32,000 nt of DNA. It comes from Aeropyrum pernix K1 (lineage in GTDB: Archaea; Thermoproteota; Thermoprotei_A; Sulfolobales; Acidilobaceae). Position 1 is the first letter of the stretch, and each line of letters starts with the position of its first letter. The stretch covers positions 1,230,001 through 1,262,000 of the forward strand of contig NC_000854.2 of the NCBI RefSeq assembly GCF_000011125.1. Reading direction: 5' to 3'. The notes beneath the pieces were generated by a model. That model worked only from the letters and a program-made list of their open reading frames with translations. It had not been told where the DNA came from and did no database searches. The position numbers and the translations under genes are program-made. This document shows positions 18,413 to 28,233 of the stretch, in pieces.

Positions 18413-20533
18413 GTGTCGAGCTTGAGCACTGCTCTGAGGGGGCTTCTCGGCCAGCTGTATCAACGTATAGCAGAGCTTATGCCCTTCACGGCCTCCATTA
18501 TCATAGGCGTCCTAGGCGGCATAGGGCTGCTGGTCAGAGTCGCCCCGTCGCTTGAAGTTGTGACGAGCCCGGGGACGGGTGACGGGTGGAGGTTTGTAGC
18601 CGCTGCACGGGGCCTAGGGGAGTTCAGCAATACCGCTCTCCCAATGCTGGCGTCCATGCTGGAGACCGCCGTTGATACAAGGCTACTCGCCTCTCTGCTA
18701 CCCCCCCTCGTCTGGTTAGCCGGCGTTATACCAGTGGCCTACGTGGGTTACGTGGCCGCTGGTAGGAGTCCTGTTGGGGCCGTCCTAGCCTCGATACTAT
18801 ACACCCTATCCCCCACGATCTACGCTGTCACCGTCGCAGGCAGGCTTTACGACGGAACCCTCGCTATGCTCGGTCTCGCTCTAGCCTTCACCGCCATCGC
18901 GCTAGCCGTACAAGGTAGAGCCACGGCCGCGGGTCTCGCCGCACTCGCCGCCGGTCTTATATGGCCTGCTAACGGTTACTCGGCAGCCACGGCCGCGGCA
19001 CTGCTCATGGCGACCGCCGCCGCCAGGGATGTAAGGATCCTCCGAGGAGTAGCGGCCGCGGCGGGAGGCATCCTGCTGGGCGGTCTCCTCGCCGGCAGCC
19101 TCTGGGAGTACGGGCTAACTTTTGATGTAACCATGCTGCTCCTGGCAGCCCTAGTAGCCGTTGCAGCAGCCATGGGCCTGGCCAGGCCGCCCCTCGGCTT
19201 CTGGGCTTCCACAGCAGCCGTTACACTATCCATATTCGCCCTGCTCGCCGGAGTCGCCGATGCGCCTCCAGAGGTTGAGGCTTCCCTCAACCTAGCTCCG
19301 CCGACGGCGGACACTATACTGAATGCAGCTGCGGGCCCGGCAAGACTTGAGAGTCTCCTCAGGGAGTCTGCCCTCTGGGCCACCCTAGCTGCTGCAGGCC
19401 TCTTATACGCAGCCTACAGATTCTACTCTTCAGCCTCCCTAGGGAGCGAGGAGCTGCTGGCGGCGTCCCTTCTGGCTGCACTGGCGGCAGCAGCCATCTA
19501 CTCACTCTTCAACGGCGAAATGGCCCCCCAGGTGCTGGTCGCCCTAGCACCCCTCTCCGCCTACGCAGTAAACGGTCTAAAACGCCTGGGCCTTACTGGC
19601 GAGGATGAAATGGGCAGGGTAATCATAATCTCACTCGCCATAGCGCTCATACTCTCCACAGCCTACCTCGGCCAGAGCATCTACGCGGCCTTCCAGGGCT
19701 ACGAGCCCACGTCACTCAGTATAGCGCCCAACACCGCCAGCCCGTGGCCCGCCGTCATAGAGTACCTCAACAGCACTGACGGCGCAACGGTGATAGCCAA
19801 CCCTGTCTACAAGCCCCTCATAGAGTCGATGGCTGGCGTGCGATTCGTCAACGACGAGTTCGACGTTGCACGTGTGCTGGCTGGAACAGAAGGCGGGGCA
19901 AACTATGTTTTGAGGGACGTCCTGTCCTTGAAGCCTGGTGACGCCTATGTCGTAGTCTTCGAGGGGTTCCTGGGTATCTACGACGTAAACAACGGTCTTC
20001 TAGCCTTGTACCCAAGGCCTGTGGCCCAGTCCTTCCAGGAGGCAGGCATATTCTTCATAGTAAACGGCGTCTACGATTTGAACAGCCTCTTCAACCTACT
20101 AAAGGCTGGCGAGATGGTCGACGAGAGTGTGGACTCGCCCTTCCAGACTCCATGGGCGTCTAGGATAGTATCACCGGGGCTGAGGGTGGAGATGTTCCCA
20201 GGCCTGACAGGCGAGCCCGCGGAGAATGTTGAAAGGGTGCAGAAGACCCTTCTAGTCAAGCTGCTGGCCGACGCCGTCTACAGTCTAGGAGGGGAGGAAA
20301 CCGTGTTCGGCGACGGCTGCGGATTCATCGCAGGCACCCCCTCGCCTCTACTGGCAGTGTTCACCCCAACGCCAACCGGTGGAGGCCAGCTCCAGCCGGT
20401 ATTCACAGCGGAAAGGCCATACTCCTTCACCCCCCTCGTCATCTCCATGGTGTGCCCCCAGATACTCTCCGAGACTGCCGAGAGGATCGAGTTCTACGCC
20501 GAAATAGCTGCCGTCTACGTGTGGACGGGGTAG
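18413..20533 (+). CDS. polytopic membrane protein with GT-C / STT3-like architecture and no recognisable WWDYG motif
   Basis: 706 aa; SPTIYAVTVAGRLYDGTLAM resembles the STT3 SVAGSYDNEGIAI region; large C-terminal soluble domain. Confidence 0.6.
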   Translation: MSSLSTALRGLLGQLYQRIAELMPFTASIIIGVLGGIGLLVRVAPSLEVVTSPGTGDGWRFVAAARGLGEFSNTALPMLASMLETAVDTRLLASLLPPLVWLAGVIPVAYVGYVAAGRSPVGAVLASILYTLSPTIYAVTVAGRLYDGTLAMLGLALAFTAIALAVQGRATAAGLAALAAGLIWPANGYSAATAAALLMATAAARDVRILRGVAAAAGGILLGGLLAGSLWEYGLTFDVTMLLLAALVAVAAAMGLARPPLGFWASTAAVTLSIFALLAGVADAPPEVEASLNLAPPTADTILNAAAGPARLESLLRESALWATLAAAGLLYAAYRFYSSASLGSEELLAASLLAALAAAAIYSLFNGEMAPQVLVALAPLSAYAVNGLKRLGLTGEDEMGRVIIISLAIALILSTAYLGQSIYAAFQGYEPTSLSIAPNTASPWPAVIEYLNSTDGATVIANPVYKPLIESMAGVRFVNDEFDVARVLAGTEGGANYVLRDVLSLKPGDAYVVVFEGFLGIYDVNNGLLALYPRPVAQSFQEAGIFFIVNGVYDLNSLFNLLKAGEMVDESVDSPFQTPWASRIVSPGLRVEMFPGLTGEPAENVERVQKTLLVKLLADAVYSLGGEETVFGDGCGFIAGTPSPLLAVFTPTPTGGGQLQPVFTAERPYSFTPLVISMVCPQILSETAERIEFYAEIAAVYVWTG

Positions 20534-20611
20534 GAGCGGGAAGGCCGGTGGAGAGGTATTACACGTTTTAACCTCGGCACCACAAACACCACCCCCGGGG
20601 CTACTACCGCC

Positions 20612-21112
20612 TTGCCGTTCTGGCTCGGAAGGAGGCGCAGGAAGGCCGGTGGAAGGAGAGAGATAGTGGAGGCTCTAGCCACCGTTAGACAGGCCAGGTT
20701 CAAGCTGAAAGTCTACAAGAGCAGGCTCCACATGCTCGAGAGTGAAGACGCGGAGAGGCTAGCCTCCAGGCTGGAGTATATCGACTACATTCTGGAAGCT
20801 GTAGGGTTGAGGCTGGAGACTATACTAGCCCTACAACCCTCTATAGAGGCTGTCGAGGACCTTATGAAACTCCCCTACGAGCTAGTGAAACAGGCAGCAA
20901 AGCAGGCACAAGACCTCCCCCCCGACATCACGTCCCTCCTAACAGCATTAGAGCAGAGCCTAGCCAGTGCCATCCCCGAAGACACCCTCATAGAGCTGGG
21001 CCCAGGCCCCGAGACCCTCTCACCCCAGGCTAGAGACATCTTGAGAGAAGCTGAGAAGCGCGCTGGCGAGGCCGCCTCCAAGAGGGTGAGAGAGCAACAG
21101 GGTATGCAGTGA
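20612..21112 (+). CDS. ESCRT-III-like (CdvB-paralogue-like) coiled-coil protein
   Basis: VRQARFKLKVYKSRLHMLE...LEYIDYILEAVGLRLETILAL...ALEQSLASAIPED layout resembles crenarchaeal CdvB paralogues. Confidence 0.5.
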   Translation: MPFWLGRRRRKAGGRREIVEALATVRQARFKLKVYKSRLHMLESEDAERLASRLEYIDYILEAVGLRLETILALQPSIEAVEDLMKLPYELVKQAAKQAQDLPPDITSLLTALEQSLASAIPEDTLIELGPGPETLSPQARDILREAEKRAGEAASKRVREQQGMQ

Positions 21113-21300
21113 AATGGCGTCGGACTGTGGTCCACCGTTCACAAGCCCCCCCGCCAGGGAGGCCTCCCCCTGGCTAGGAATCCTCATCCACCCTCTAGAG
21201 TCTAGTAGGGGCGAAGGCTATAGAGCTACACCCGCAGGGGTCGTCCTCCGGTGTCCGGATAAGGGTTTTAATTCCTCATAGGTAGACCCACCTCTCTCGG

Positions 21301-22692
21301 GTGTACAGAGTGGCAGGATGGAGTATACTCGAGCTTCTCAGGAGCAATCCTGAGGCGCTTAAAGAGCACGTTCGCAAGAGGCTCATGGACCCGGCAATTG
21401 TTGATAGGGCCTATAGGCTAGACGTGGAGTGGAGAAGGCTACTCACGATGGTTAACGAGGTTAGGAGGAGGCACAACGAGATAACGAGGATGATAGCGAA
21501 GGCGGGCAGTAGAGAGGAGAGGGAGAGGCTGATAGCTGAGGCTAAGCGCCTGTTGAGGGAGCGGGAGGATCTAGAGGAGAAGCTTAAAAAGGTGGAGAGG
21601 GAGCGGGAGGAGGCCCTGCTAGGCCTCCCCAACATAGTGGCGCCGGACGTGCCAGTGGGCGACGAGAGCGCCACTCGGCCCATAGAGTTCTGGGGCAAAC
21701 CCAAGGTGTGGAAAGGACATGTCGATGCCTTCAGGGAGCAGACCGAGGCTTACGGGTTTAAGGTTGACCACGAGGTTATAGAGTGGAGGCCCAGGGGGCA
21801 TGCGGACATGATGGAGGAGGTGCTGAAGCTCGGTGACACCCTGAGGGCTGCACGTGTCGCTGGCTCCAGGTTCTACTACCTCTTCGAGGACCTCGTGTTC
21901 CTCGATCTGGCGCTCCTCATGTACGCCATAGACTTTATGACCAGCAAGGGCTACGTACTAGTCCTCCCCCCCTACATGCTCAGGTACAACGTTATGAGCA
22001 GGGTTATAGACCTGGAGACTTTCAAGGACGCGATATACGAGATTGCGGGTGAGGACCTCTACCTTATAGCCACTGCCGAGCACCCGCTGGCCGCCCTCTA
22101 CTACAACTCTGAGATTTACGATGAGGACCTCCCCCTCAAGCTGGTCGGCGTGAGCCCCTGCTTCAGGAAGGAGGCAGGAGCTGGTAATAGGGATCTGAAG
22201 GGCATATTCAGGGTACACCAGTTCCATAAGGTGGAGCAGTTCGTCTACAGCCTACCTGAGGAGAGCAGCAAGCTGCATGAAGAGTTGATAAGCAATGCCA
22301 AGGAGATCTTCAAGGGGCTTGAGATACCTTTCAGAGTCGTCAACATAGCCTCGGGGGACCTGGGGGCCTGCGCCGTCAAGAAGTACGACCTCGAGGCGTG
22401 GATGCCTGCCCAGGGCAAGTACAGGGAGATGGTTAGCGCAAGCAACTGCACCGACTGGCAGGCCTACAGGCTTGGTATAAGGCTTGTAAGGAGGAAGGGC
22501 ATGGAGAGGGGGTACGTTCACACCCTCAACGCGACAGCGGTGGCGAGCACCCGCACCATAACAGCCATACTGGAGAACTTCCAGGATGAGGAGGGGGTTG
22601 TGGCTATACCCAGGGCTCTAAGGCGCTATCTAGAGGTTTTCAAGAGGGCCCCTACAGACGCCATACACCCTAGGAGAAGGCCGCCCGCCTAG
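21301..22692 (+). CDS. serS: seryl-tRNA synthetase (common class II type)
   Basis: N-terminal coiled coil; [82 protein letters not shown]. Confidence 0.97.
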
Positions 22693-23012
22693 TCCAGGCC
22701 CAGCAGCCTCCTGATAAACCTTGCCAGGCTTAGGCCCTCCTCGCTCCCCGTCATCCTACCGTATGCTATCATCTGCAGCTCCGCCTCAGACATGGATGCA
22801 TACTTGACGGCCGCCTTCTCTAGGTCCTCCAGCTCCTCCCTGGTGGCATAGTCTATAGGCATCCCCCGCCTCCCCGCGGACTCCCACGCTTCAAACAGCC
22901 TCTCAAGTATGGCCGAAACCTTGGGGTCGCCGTAGAAGGCGGCTTTAAGCCAGGTGTTCTCACTGTCGTCTATAAGCCTGAGTATACGCTCCTTAGCATC
23001 ACTACCCGACAT
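22689..23012 (-). CDS. hypothetical protein
   Basis: ORF from internal Met [16 protein letters not shown]; the longer track start at 23108 would overlap the DUF59 gene. Confidence 0.65.
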   Translation of the reverse strand: MSGSDAKERILRLIDDSENTWLKAAFYGDPKVSAILERLFEAWESAGRRGMPIDYATREELEDLEKAAVKYASMSEAELQMIAYGRMTGSEEGLSLARFIRRLLGLD

Positions 23013-23049
23013 CACGCCGCCCCGGTATATAAGTGTTGCCGGCGCCCGT

Positions 23050-23487
23050 TTAACCTCCATACTGCTGCTGGGCGGCCCTCTTCCACTGCTCCACCACGTC
23101 GTAGCCATATATGGTCTTCAGGAGCTCCCTGCCCTCCGGCGTGACCCTCTCCGGCGTCCAGGGCGGGTCGAACACAACCTCGACCTCCACGTCCTCAGCC
23201 TCGGGGACCGCCTCTCTTATAGCGTCTTCCACATACGCTGGCAGGGCCACGCTAACGGGGCATCCTATAGCTGTGAGGCTCATCTTCACCTTAATCCTCG
23301 GCTTCTCCCTGGGCCCCTCAACCCTCACCTCATATATGAGCCCCAGGTCGTAAACGTTGACAGGTATCTCGGGGTCGTAGACCTCCTTGAGAGCCTCAAC
23401 TATCCTGTCCAGCAGCTCCTTGGGACCCTCGAGAACAATCTTAGCGCCACCCTCCTCCTCGGACAACATAGGCACCCATTTTAACAA
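23050..23487 (-). CDS. DUF59/MIP18 family iron-sulfur assembly protein (SufT/PaaD-like)
   Basis: ALKEVYDPEIPVNVYDLGLIYEVRV...KVKMSLTAIGCPVSVALPAYVEDAI...VEVEVVFDPPWTPERV. Confidence 0.88.
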   Translation of the reverse strand: MLKWVPMLSEEEGGAKIVLEGPKELLDRIVEALKEVYDPEIPVNVYDLGLIYEVRVEGPREKPRIKVKMSLTAIGCPVSVALPAYVEDAIREAVPEAEDVEVEVVFDPPWTPERVTPEGRELLKTIYGYDVVEQWKRAAQQQYGG

Positions 23488-23504
23488 CTGTTAAAACCCG
23501 GGGG

Positions 23505-23723
23505 TTATCCCCTTTTCCCTCCCCGAACAGCCCTCCTAAACCTAGCCACCACCACCGCAAGGCTCAGGAAAGGCGCCAGCGCTATGACTACGAGCCCGAC
23601 CACCATGAGCGGCAGCGACCCCCTCGAGTCGGCGACAAGGACTATAGCAAGGCCAGCCACCACTATAGCCGCAGTTAGGAGCAGCTTCTCAGCAACTATC
23701 CTCCTCGGAGATACTGCCGCCAA
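23505..23723 (-). CDS. small membrane protein (two hydrophobic segments)
   Basis: LLLTAAIVVAGLAIVLVADSRGSLPLMVVGLVVIALAPFLSLAVVVARF. Confidence 0.5.
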   Translation of the reverse strand: MAAVSPRRIVAEKLLLTAAIVVAGLAIVLVADSRGSLPLMVVGLVVIALAPFLSLAVVVARFRRAVRGGKRG

Positions 23724-24495
23724 GCTCCTCGACCCCCCTCCTAACTTTCTCCAGAGCCTTCAAAGCCTCTGCCCTAGCCTCTTCCAGCGTCGAGGCCCTA
23801 GCAAGCACCCTAACCCTCACTAGAGGCTTCCCGATCTCAGACCCCTGGGGGTGGCTCTTCACATACACCCTCGGCGACACCCTAGACGCCTCCTTAATAT
23901 AGGGGGCCAGGGACGACTCGGGAACCCCCACTACCGCTATGCCACACTCGACCACAGCCCCCGGGGGAGCTATCTCCTCGAGCAGCGGTCTGAGAGCCTT
24001 CTCGAACATCGCCTCCATCTCACTGGGCACCCCAGGGAGAGAGGCCACCAAGGAGCCCCGAGCCTCAACCACAGCGCCTGGTGCAGCACCCACAGGGTTC
24101 TCCAAGGGTTCAGCACCATCGGGCAGCATGGCCATCTTAACTCTATCCTCCGTAAGTCCCAGCCCCCTCTTGGAGTAGAATCTCCGCACCATCTCCAGAG
24201 CCCCGGGGTGGAGCTTGAGACCCCTGCCCAGAGCCATCGCCACACCCTGGAGTGTGACGTCGTCGTACGTCGGCCCTAGCCCCCCAGTGGTTATAACAAC
24301 CCTAGCCCTGCCCAGGGCGCGGCCCACCTCCTCCGCTATATCCTCCACCCTATCAGGCACAGTAACCACCCTCTCCACCTCGAACCCCAGTAGCGTTAGC
24401 CTGCTGCCCAGCCAGGCAGCGTTCGTATTTATAGTCCTCCCTATGAGCAGCTCGTTCCCCACCGAGATTATCCAGGCCCTAGGATGCTCCTCCAA
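23689..24495 (-). CDS. CinA-type competence/damage-inducible, molybdopterin-binding domain protein
   Basis: ISVGNELLIGRTINTNAAWLGSRLTLLG, ITTGGLGPTYDDVT, LPGVPSEMEAMF. Confidence 0.92.
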   Translation of the reverse strand: MEEHPRAWIISVGNELLIGRTINTNAAWLGSRLTLLGFEVERVVTVPDRVEDIAEEVGRALGRARVVITTGGLGPTYDDVTLQGVAMALGRGLKLHPGALEMVRRFYSKRGLGLTEDRVKMAMLPDGAEPLENPVGAAPGAVVEARGSLVASLPGVPSEMEAMFEKALRPLLEEIAPPGAVVECGIAVVGVPESSLAPYIKEASRVSPRVYVKSHPQGSEIGKPLVRVRVLARASTLEEARAEALKALEKVRRGVEELGGSISEEDSC

Positions 24496-24738
24496 CCCCA
24501 GGCACCACCCAACACTACTGTTTAAACATCTCCTCTACAAACTCTCAATAGCGTTATGGAGAGATAGCTGGGGGAGCGATAGAGCTATACACTCCCAGGG
24601 AGCCCTGGCCAGGGCTTCAAGCTATAGAGGCTCCACATAGGGTTATAGATGCGGTGCCTCGGAAGCGTTTAGGTGGCTTCTAGCAGCCTAGGGGCTGGGG
24701 GTGGATGCTGTATACAGCCGCTGAGGCGTTGGTGATAC

Positions 24739-25326
24739 GTGATGGCTGATGTTGAGGTGGTCGAGGATCCTGGCCAAGCCGCCGATATAGTGTCGAGGGT
24801 TATGGGCAGGTATCACGGGTACTATGCAAGGGCCGCTGTTGAGAGGCTCAAAGGGTCGGTGGGGCTTGTTGCAAGGCTCGCAGGCGAGGAGGCAGGGGCT
24901 ATTATCTGCTACAGAGCCGGCTCCAGGGTAGAGCTGGGTGTTATATACTATGTGGTAGTGCTGCCTAGGGCTAGAGGAAGGGGTCTGGGAAAGATGCTCG
25001 TATCCTCCTGCGAGGAGAGGCTCGGCGCCCTCCACTTCTACGTAGCCACCATAGAGCTGCGCAACACGGCGAGCGCCAGGATGTTCCAGAGCCTAGGCTA
25101 CAGGGTTATGGCTGACTACGAGCTGGCGGAGATCGTGGGGTGGGAGGCCGTGGCCGCGGTGCACCACGCCACATGCAGCTACGAGGAGGACCTCATAGCG
25201 ATTAAGGAGGGTAGGGAGGGGGTCGGCCTGGAGATCCTGTCAGAGGCTGAACCCGACGACTACAGGGACGTCTGGTGGGAGATATGCTATAAGCCCTGGA
25301 TGGAGAGGAAATACAGGCTAGCCTAG
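24739..25326 (+). CDS. GNAT family acetyltransferase
   Basis: YYVVVLPRARGRGLGKMLVSSCEERL...ATIELRNTASARMFQSLGYRVMADYELAE. Confidence 0.82.
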   Translation: MMADVEVVEDPGQAADIVSRVMGRYHGYYARAAVERLKGSVGLVARLAGEEAGAIICYRAGSRVELGVIYYVVVLPRARGRGLGKMLVSSCEERLGALHFYVATIELRNTASARMFQSLGYRVMADYELAEIVGWEAVAAVHHATCSYEEDLIAIKEGREGVGLEILSEAEPDDYRDVWWEICYKPWMERKYRLA

Positions 25327-25427
25327 CCCTATCTTCCTGCCCCTCCCCTCCGGGTGCTGAGGTTTTGCCTGCTATAACTCCCGGCTGCTATATATGCCAT
25401 TGGAGTCCCACGGGGGTCTAGAGAGGG

Positions 25428-25667
25428 ATGAGCGAGAGGATAGTGTATCCCCGCATATACGTTCTCAGGAGGAGGCCTAGAAGCGGGTGCGAGCACTTCG
25501 AGGTCAGGGAGCGTGAGGGGGAGTACATAGCGTTCTGCAGGGTCCTGGGCAGGCCCCTGCCATCGGTGTCTGTTGAGAAGTGTGAGAAGCACTGGGAGGA
25601 CTGTCCCTTCAGGAGGATGGCAGCTAAGATGGAGGGTAGGGACGACTGGGGACAGGGGAGCTTATGA
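25428..25667 (+). CDS. small four-cysteine protein, putative metal binding
   Basis: GCEHFEVREREGEYIAFCRV...EKCEKHWEDCPFRRM. Confidence 0.6.
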   Translation: MSERIVYPRIYVLRRRPRSGCEHFEVREREGEYIAFCRVLGRPLPSVSVEKCEKHWEDCPFRRMAAKMEGRDDWGQGSL

Positions 25668-26066
25668 CCTGAACCTCCTTATACTGACCCCCAGCTCCCT
25701 AGCCTTCTCAAGGACCTCCGACGTCAGCTTAGGTCCGGAGCCGTAGAGCACGAGCACCGGCTTGGAGCCGCCTGAAGCCGAGGCCAGCTCCTCAACAACG
25801 GATACAGGCACCCTACCGCTCTTCATGTACACCCTGACGACCAGGCTCTCACCCCGGCGCCAGGCCTTGAAGTTTGCTGTAGCCTCTGGACTGCCGTCCA
25901 CCACCTCCACCTCATACCCCGCCATCCTATAGCCTGCAGCCACTTTACCTACTACACCATACCTTGCCGCCAGCTTCTTAGCCTCGAACGCCTCCCTAGC
26001 TGTAGCCAAGCCTTTCACCCCCTGAGGGTTATCGGCGTTGCGGGGTAAATAGTGTTTGTAGAGCAC
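25662..26066 (-). CDS. hypothetical protein
   Basis: Track ORF extends to 26144 but that overlaps nadM; GTG at 26064-26066 with AGAGG upstream is a plausible start. Confidence 0.5.
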   Translation of the reverse strand: MLYKHYLPRNADNPQGVKGLATAREAFEAKKLAARYGVVGKVAAGYRMAGYEVEVVDGSPEATANFKAWRRGESLVVRVYMKSGRVPVSVVEELASASGGSKPVLVLYGSGPKLTSEVLEKARELGVSIRRFRS

Positions 26067-26096
26067 CAGGCCTCTGGGCGTTGGAGGGTGGGGCGG

Positions 26097-26615
26097 TTGA
26101 GGGCGCTTATATTCGGAAGGTTCCAGCCCTTCCACAAGGGCCATCTGTCTATAGTGAAGTGGGCCTTCGAGAGGGGGTACAGCGAGCTCGTCTTCCTAGT
26201 GGGAATGGCTTCCGAGAACTACACGCCTAGGAACCCCTTCACCGCGGGGGAGAGGATAGAGATGATCAGGCTCTCGTTCCTCGACGCCGGCCTTCCGCTC
26301 GAGAAGGCCATAACCGCCACTATCAGGACCCTAGAGACTAGCATCGGGAGTGTATACTACGTCCTATCATACGTCCCCCGGGTCGACACAATACTGACGA
26401 GGAACCCGGTTATAGCTAAGATCTTCCTCGATGCAGGAGTCAATGTGGAGAGGCCGCCTCTGTTTAACAGGGACGAGTGGAGGGGGGAGAAGATTAGGAT
26501 GTGGATAGCCCGGGGGGACGATAGGTGGAGGAGCACCGTAACCCCGTCCACTGCCAGGTTTATAGAGGAGATAGGGGGCGTGGAGAGGATAAGGTGGTCT
26601 CTCGCCTCGGACTAG
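26097..26615 (+). CDS. nadM: nicotinamide-nucleotide adenylyltransferase (archaeal type)
   Basis: RALIFGRFQPFHKGHLSIVKWA, TAGERIEMI, HxGH-type nucleotidyltransferase motif; start revised to TTG 26097. Confidence 0.93.
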   Translation: MRALIFGRFQPFHKGHLSIVKWAFERGYSELVFLVGMASENYTPRNPFTAGERIEMIRLSFLDAGLPLEKAITATIRTLETSIGSVYYVLSYVPRVDTILTRNPVIAKIFLDAGVNVERPPLFNRDEWRGEKIRMWIARGDDRWRSTVTPSTARFIEEIGGVERIRWSLASD

Positions 26616-27733
26616 ACTGTGGATATCCTGAACCTGAGTATGCCGGCTAGGCCGCCGAACGTCTTTAGGAACCACTCGGCCTCTGCAAGGCTCTCGGGCA
26701 CCACTATCACCTGGGCCCCAGAGCTCTTAGCCTTCTCCACCCACTCCTCCAGGTCCTCCCTAGACTCGTGTATGAGCAGGGTCTTCACAGCCCCCATCTC
26801 CAGAGCAGCCTCCACATCCTTCTCACCATAGACGATCATCCCCGTCCCCTTGGCCAGGTGGAGCTTGAACTCCTCCATAGCGTTCACCGCATCCCTGTAC
26901 ATCTGGGCCTCGACAACCTTCTCAGCCTTCATAACAGCCTCCTTAAGCCCCTGGAGCCCCTGGTAGGCCACGTCAACGAGCTCTGGCGCCAGTATCTTCT
27001 TCAGCCTGTAGTCGAGGTAGTTGCCCTCCACAAACTCCTGCTTCGCCAGACCCGGCCCCGCCACTATAACCCCCTTCAACACGCCCTTCTCAGCAAGGGG
27101 GACGAGGAGGTTGCTGGCCTCCTCGCCGACCTTCTTGAAGAACTCATCCACCATCTGCTCTATAATCCTCTCATACCTCCTCTGGCTCTGACCGCCCATC
27201 TTGTGCTTCCCCGGCACGAAGCCCTCCAGCTCTTTGAGGACCTCGAGCCTCGCACCCTTCAACAGCCCTATGGTGGCCTGGTCCCTCTCCACAATTATAA
27301 TACCGATAGCGTTGTTATCCTCGACCATATCCTCCAGGAAGTCTGTTATGAACCTCTTATCGGTCCTGTAGTAGAAGACCCGTATCGGCTCTGGAGGGCT
27401 GAACATGAAGCACTCGAACTTCCCTGTCGACATATCCTCCCCGCAGAAGAGAACCAGGCCGTTGGGAGGGGTTGAGGTGAGCATCTGCAGCCTGTCCATA
27501 GCGGCGGAGAGGGCCCTCTTAACAGCCTGCCGAGTCCTCTTCAGCTTAATGTTATCCGTTATACTATACTCCTGCCTCAGCAGGGTCATCACATCGCTGA
27601 GCGGCCTACCCGGGGGTATGTAGAGGCTAAGAAGCACCGTGGCAGGCGCGCTCCACTTCTTCAGCTCCTTCAGCAGCCGCGCCAGCTCCCTCTTAGATAT
27701 GGTGAGCCTCTCCTCCAGCCTACCCTGACTCAA
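26612..27733 (-). CDS. prf1: peptide chain release factor aRF1
   Basis: eRF1/aRF1 layout: TVLLSLYIPPGRPLSDVMTLLRQEYSITDNIKLKRTRQAVKRAL, VAGPGLAKQEFVEGNYLDYRLKK. Confidence 0.93.
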   Translation of the reverse strand: MSQGRLEERLTISKRELARLLKELKKWSAPATVLLSLYIPPGRPLSDVMTLLRQEYSITDNIKLKRTRQAVKRALSAAMDRLQMLTSTPPNGLVLFCGEDMSTGKFECFMFSPPEPIRVFYYRTDKRFITDFLEDMVEDNNAIGIIIVERDQATIGLLKGARLEVLKELEGFVPGKHKMGGQSQRRYERIIEQMVDEFFKKVGEEASNLLVPLAEKGVLKGVIVAGPGLAKQEFVEGNYLDYRLKKILAPELVDVAYQGLQGLKEAVMKAEKVVEAQMYRDAVNAMEEFKLHLAKGTGMIVYGEKDVEAALEMGAVKTLLIHESREDLEEWVEKAKSSGAQVIVVPESLAEAEWFLKTFGGLAGILRFRISTV

Positions 27734-27897
27734 CCTATCAACACACCCCTAAAGCTTAATCTGTTGCCTCAGAGATTCTTAAACACCAGCAGACCCCAAA
27801 GGCCTCTCGAACCTGGTGTTGTGGGGTTGGACAGCCGTATTACGGCGCCACACCCTGCTTATCGGCCTGCCAGGCTATATCTCTTTGGGGTGCCGGG

Positions 27898-28233
27898 ATG
27901 GTAGAGGCTACCATCTACGTTGGCATAGACTGGCGGGGGAGGCTAGCCGAGAGGGTTGTGAGGGAGGCGGCTGCGATACTCGCCAGGGAGTATGGCGTGC
28001 CTCTGGAGGTTAGCGTTGTCGAGATACCCTCCGACAGCCGTGAGTCGGAGTCGAGGGGTCTGCCCGTGCTTATGGTTGACGGAATTGTCGTCGCCGAGGG
28101 TAGGGTGCCCAGTATAGAGGAGGTGGTGGATGGAGTGTTCAAGATGCTGGAGGCCGCCCGCGGCGTGGGGCCAGCCGGCTTCCCCGTGTTCGACGATGGA
28201 GTCTGGGACGTTGTGGAAGAGGCAATAGCCTAG
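27898..28233 (+). CDS. hypothetical protein, possibly thioredoxin-like fold
   Basis: 111 aa; [31 protein letters not shown]. Confidence 0.6.

Noticed and set aside
22954-23484. 176-aa ORF on + strand
   Set aside because: Antisense to the DUF59 gene; His/Leu/Arg-rich shadow translation.
26768-27475. 235-aa ORF on + strand
   Set aside because: Lies wholly antisense to aRF1.
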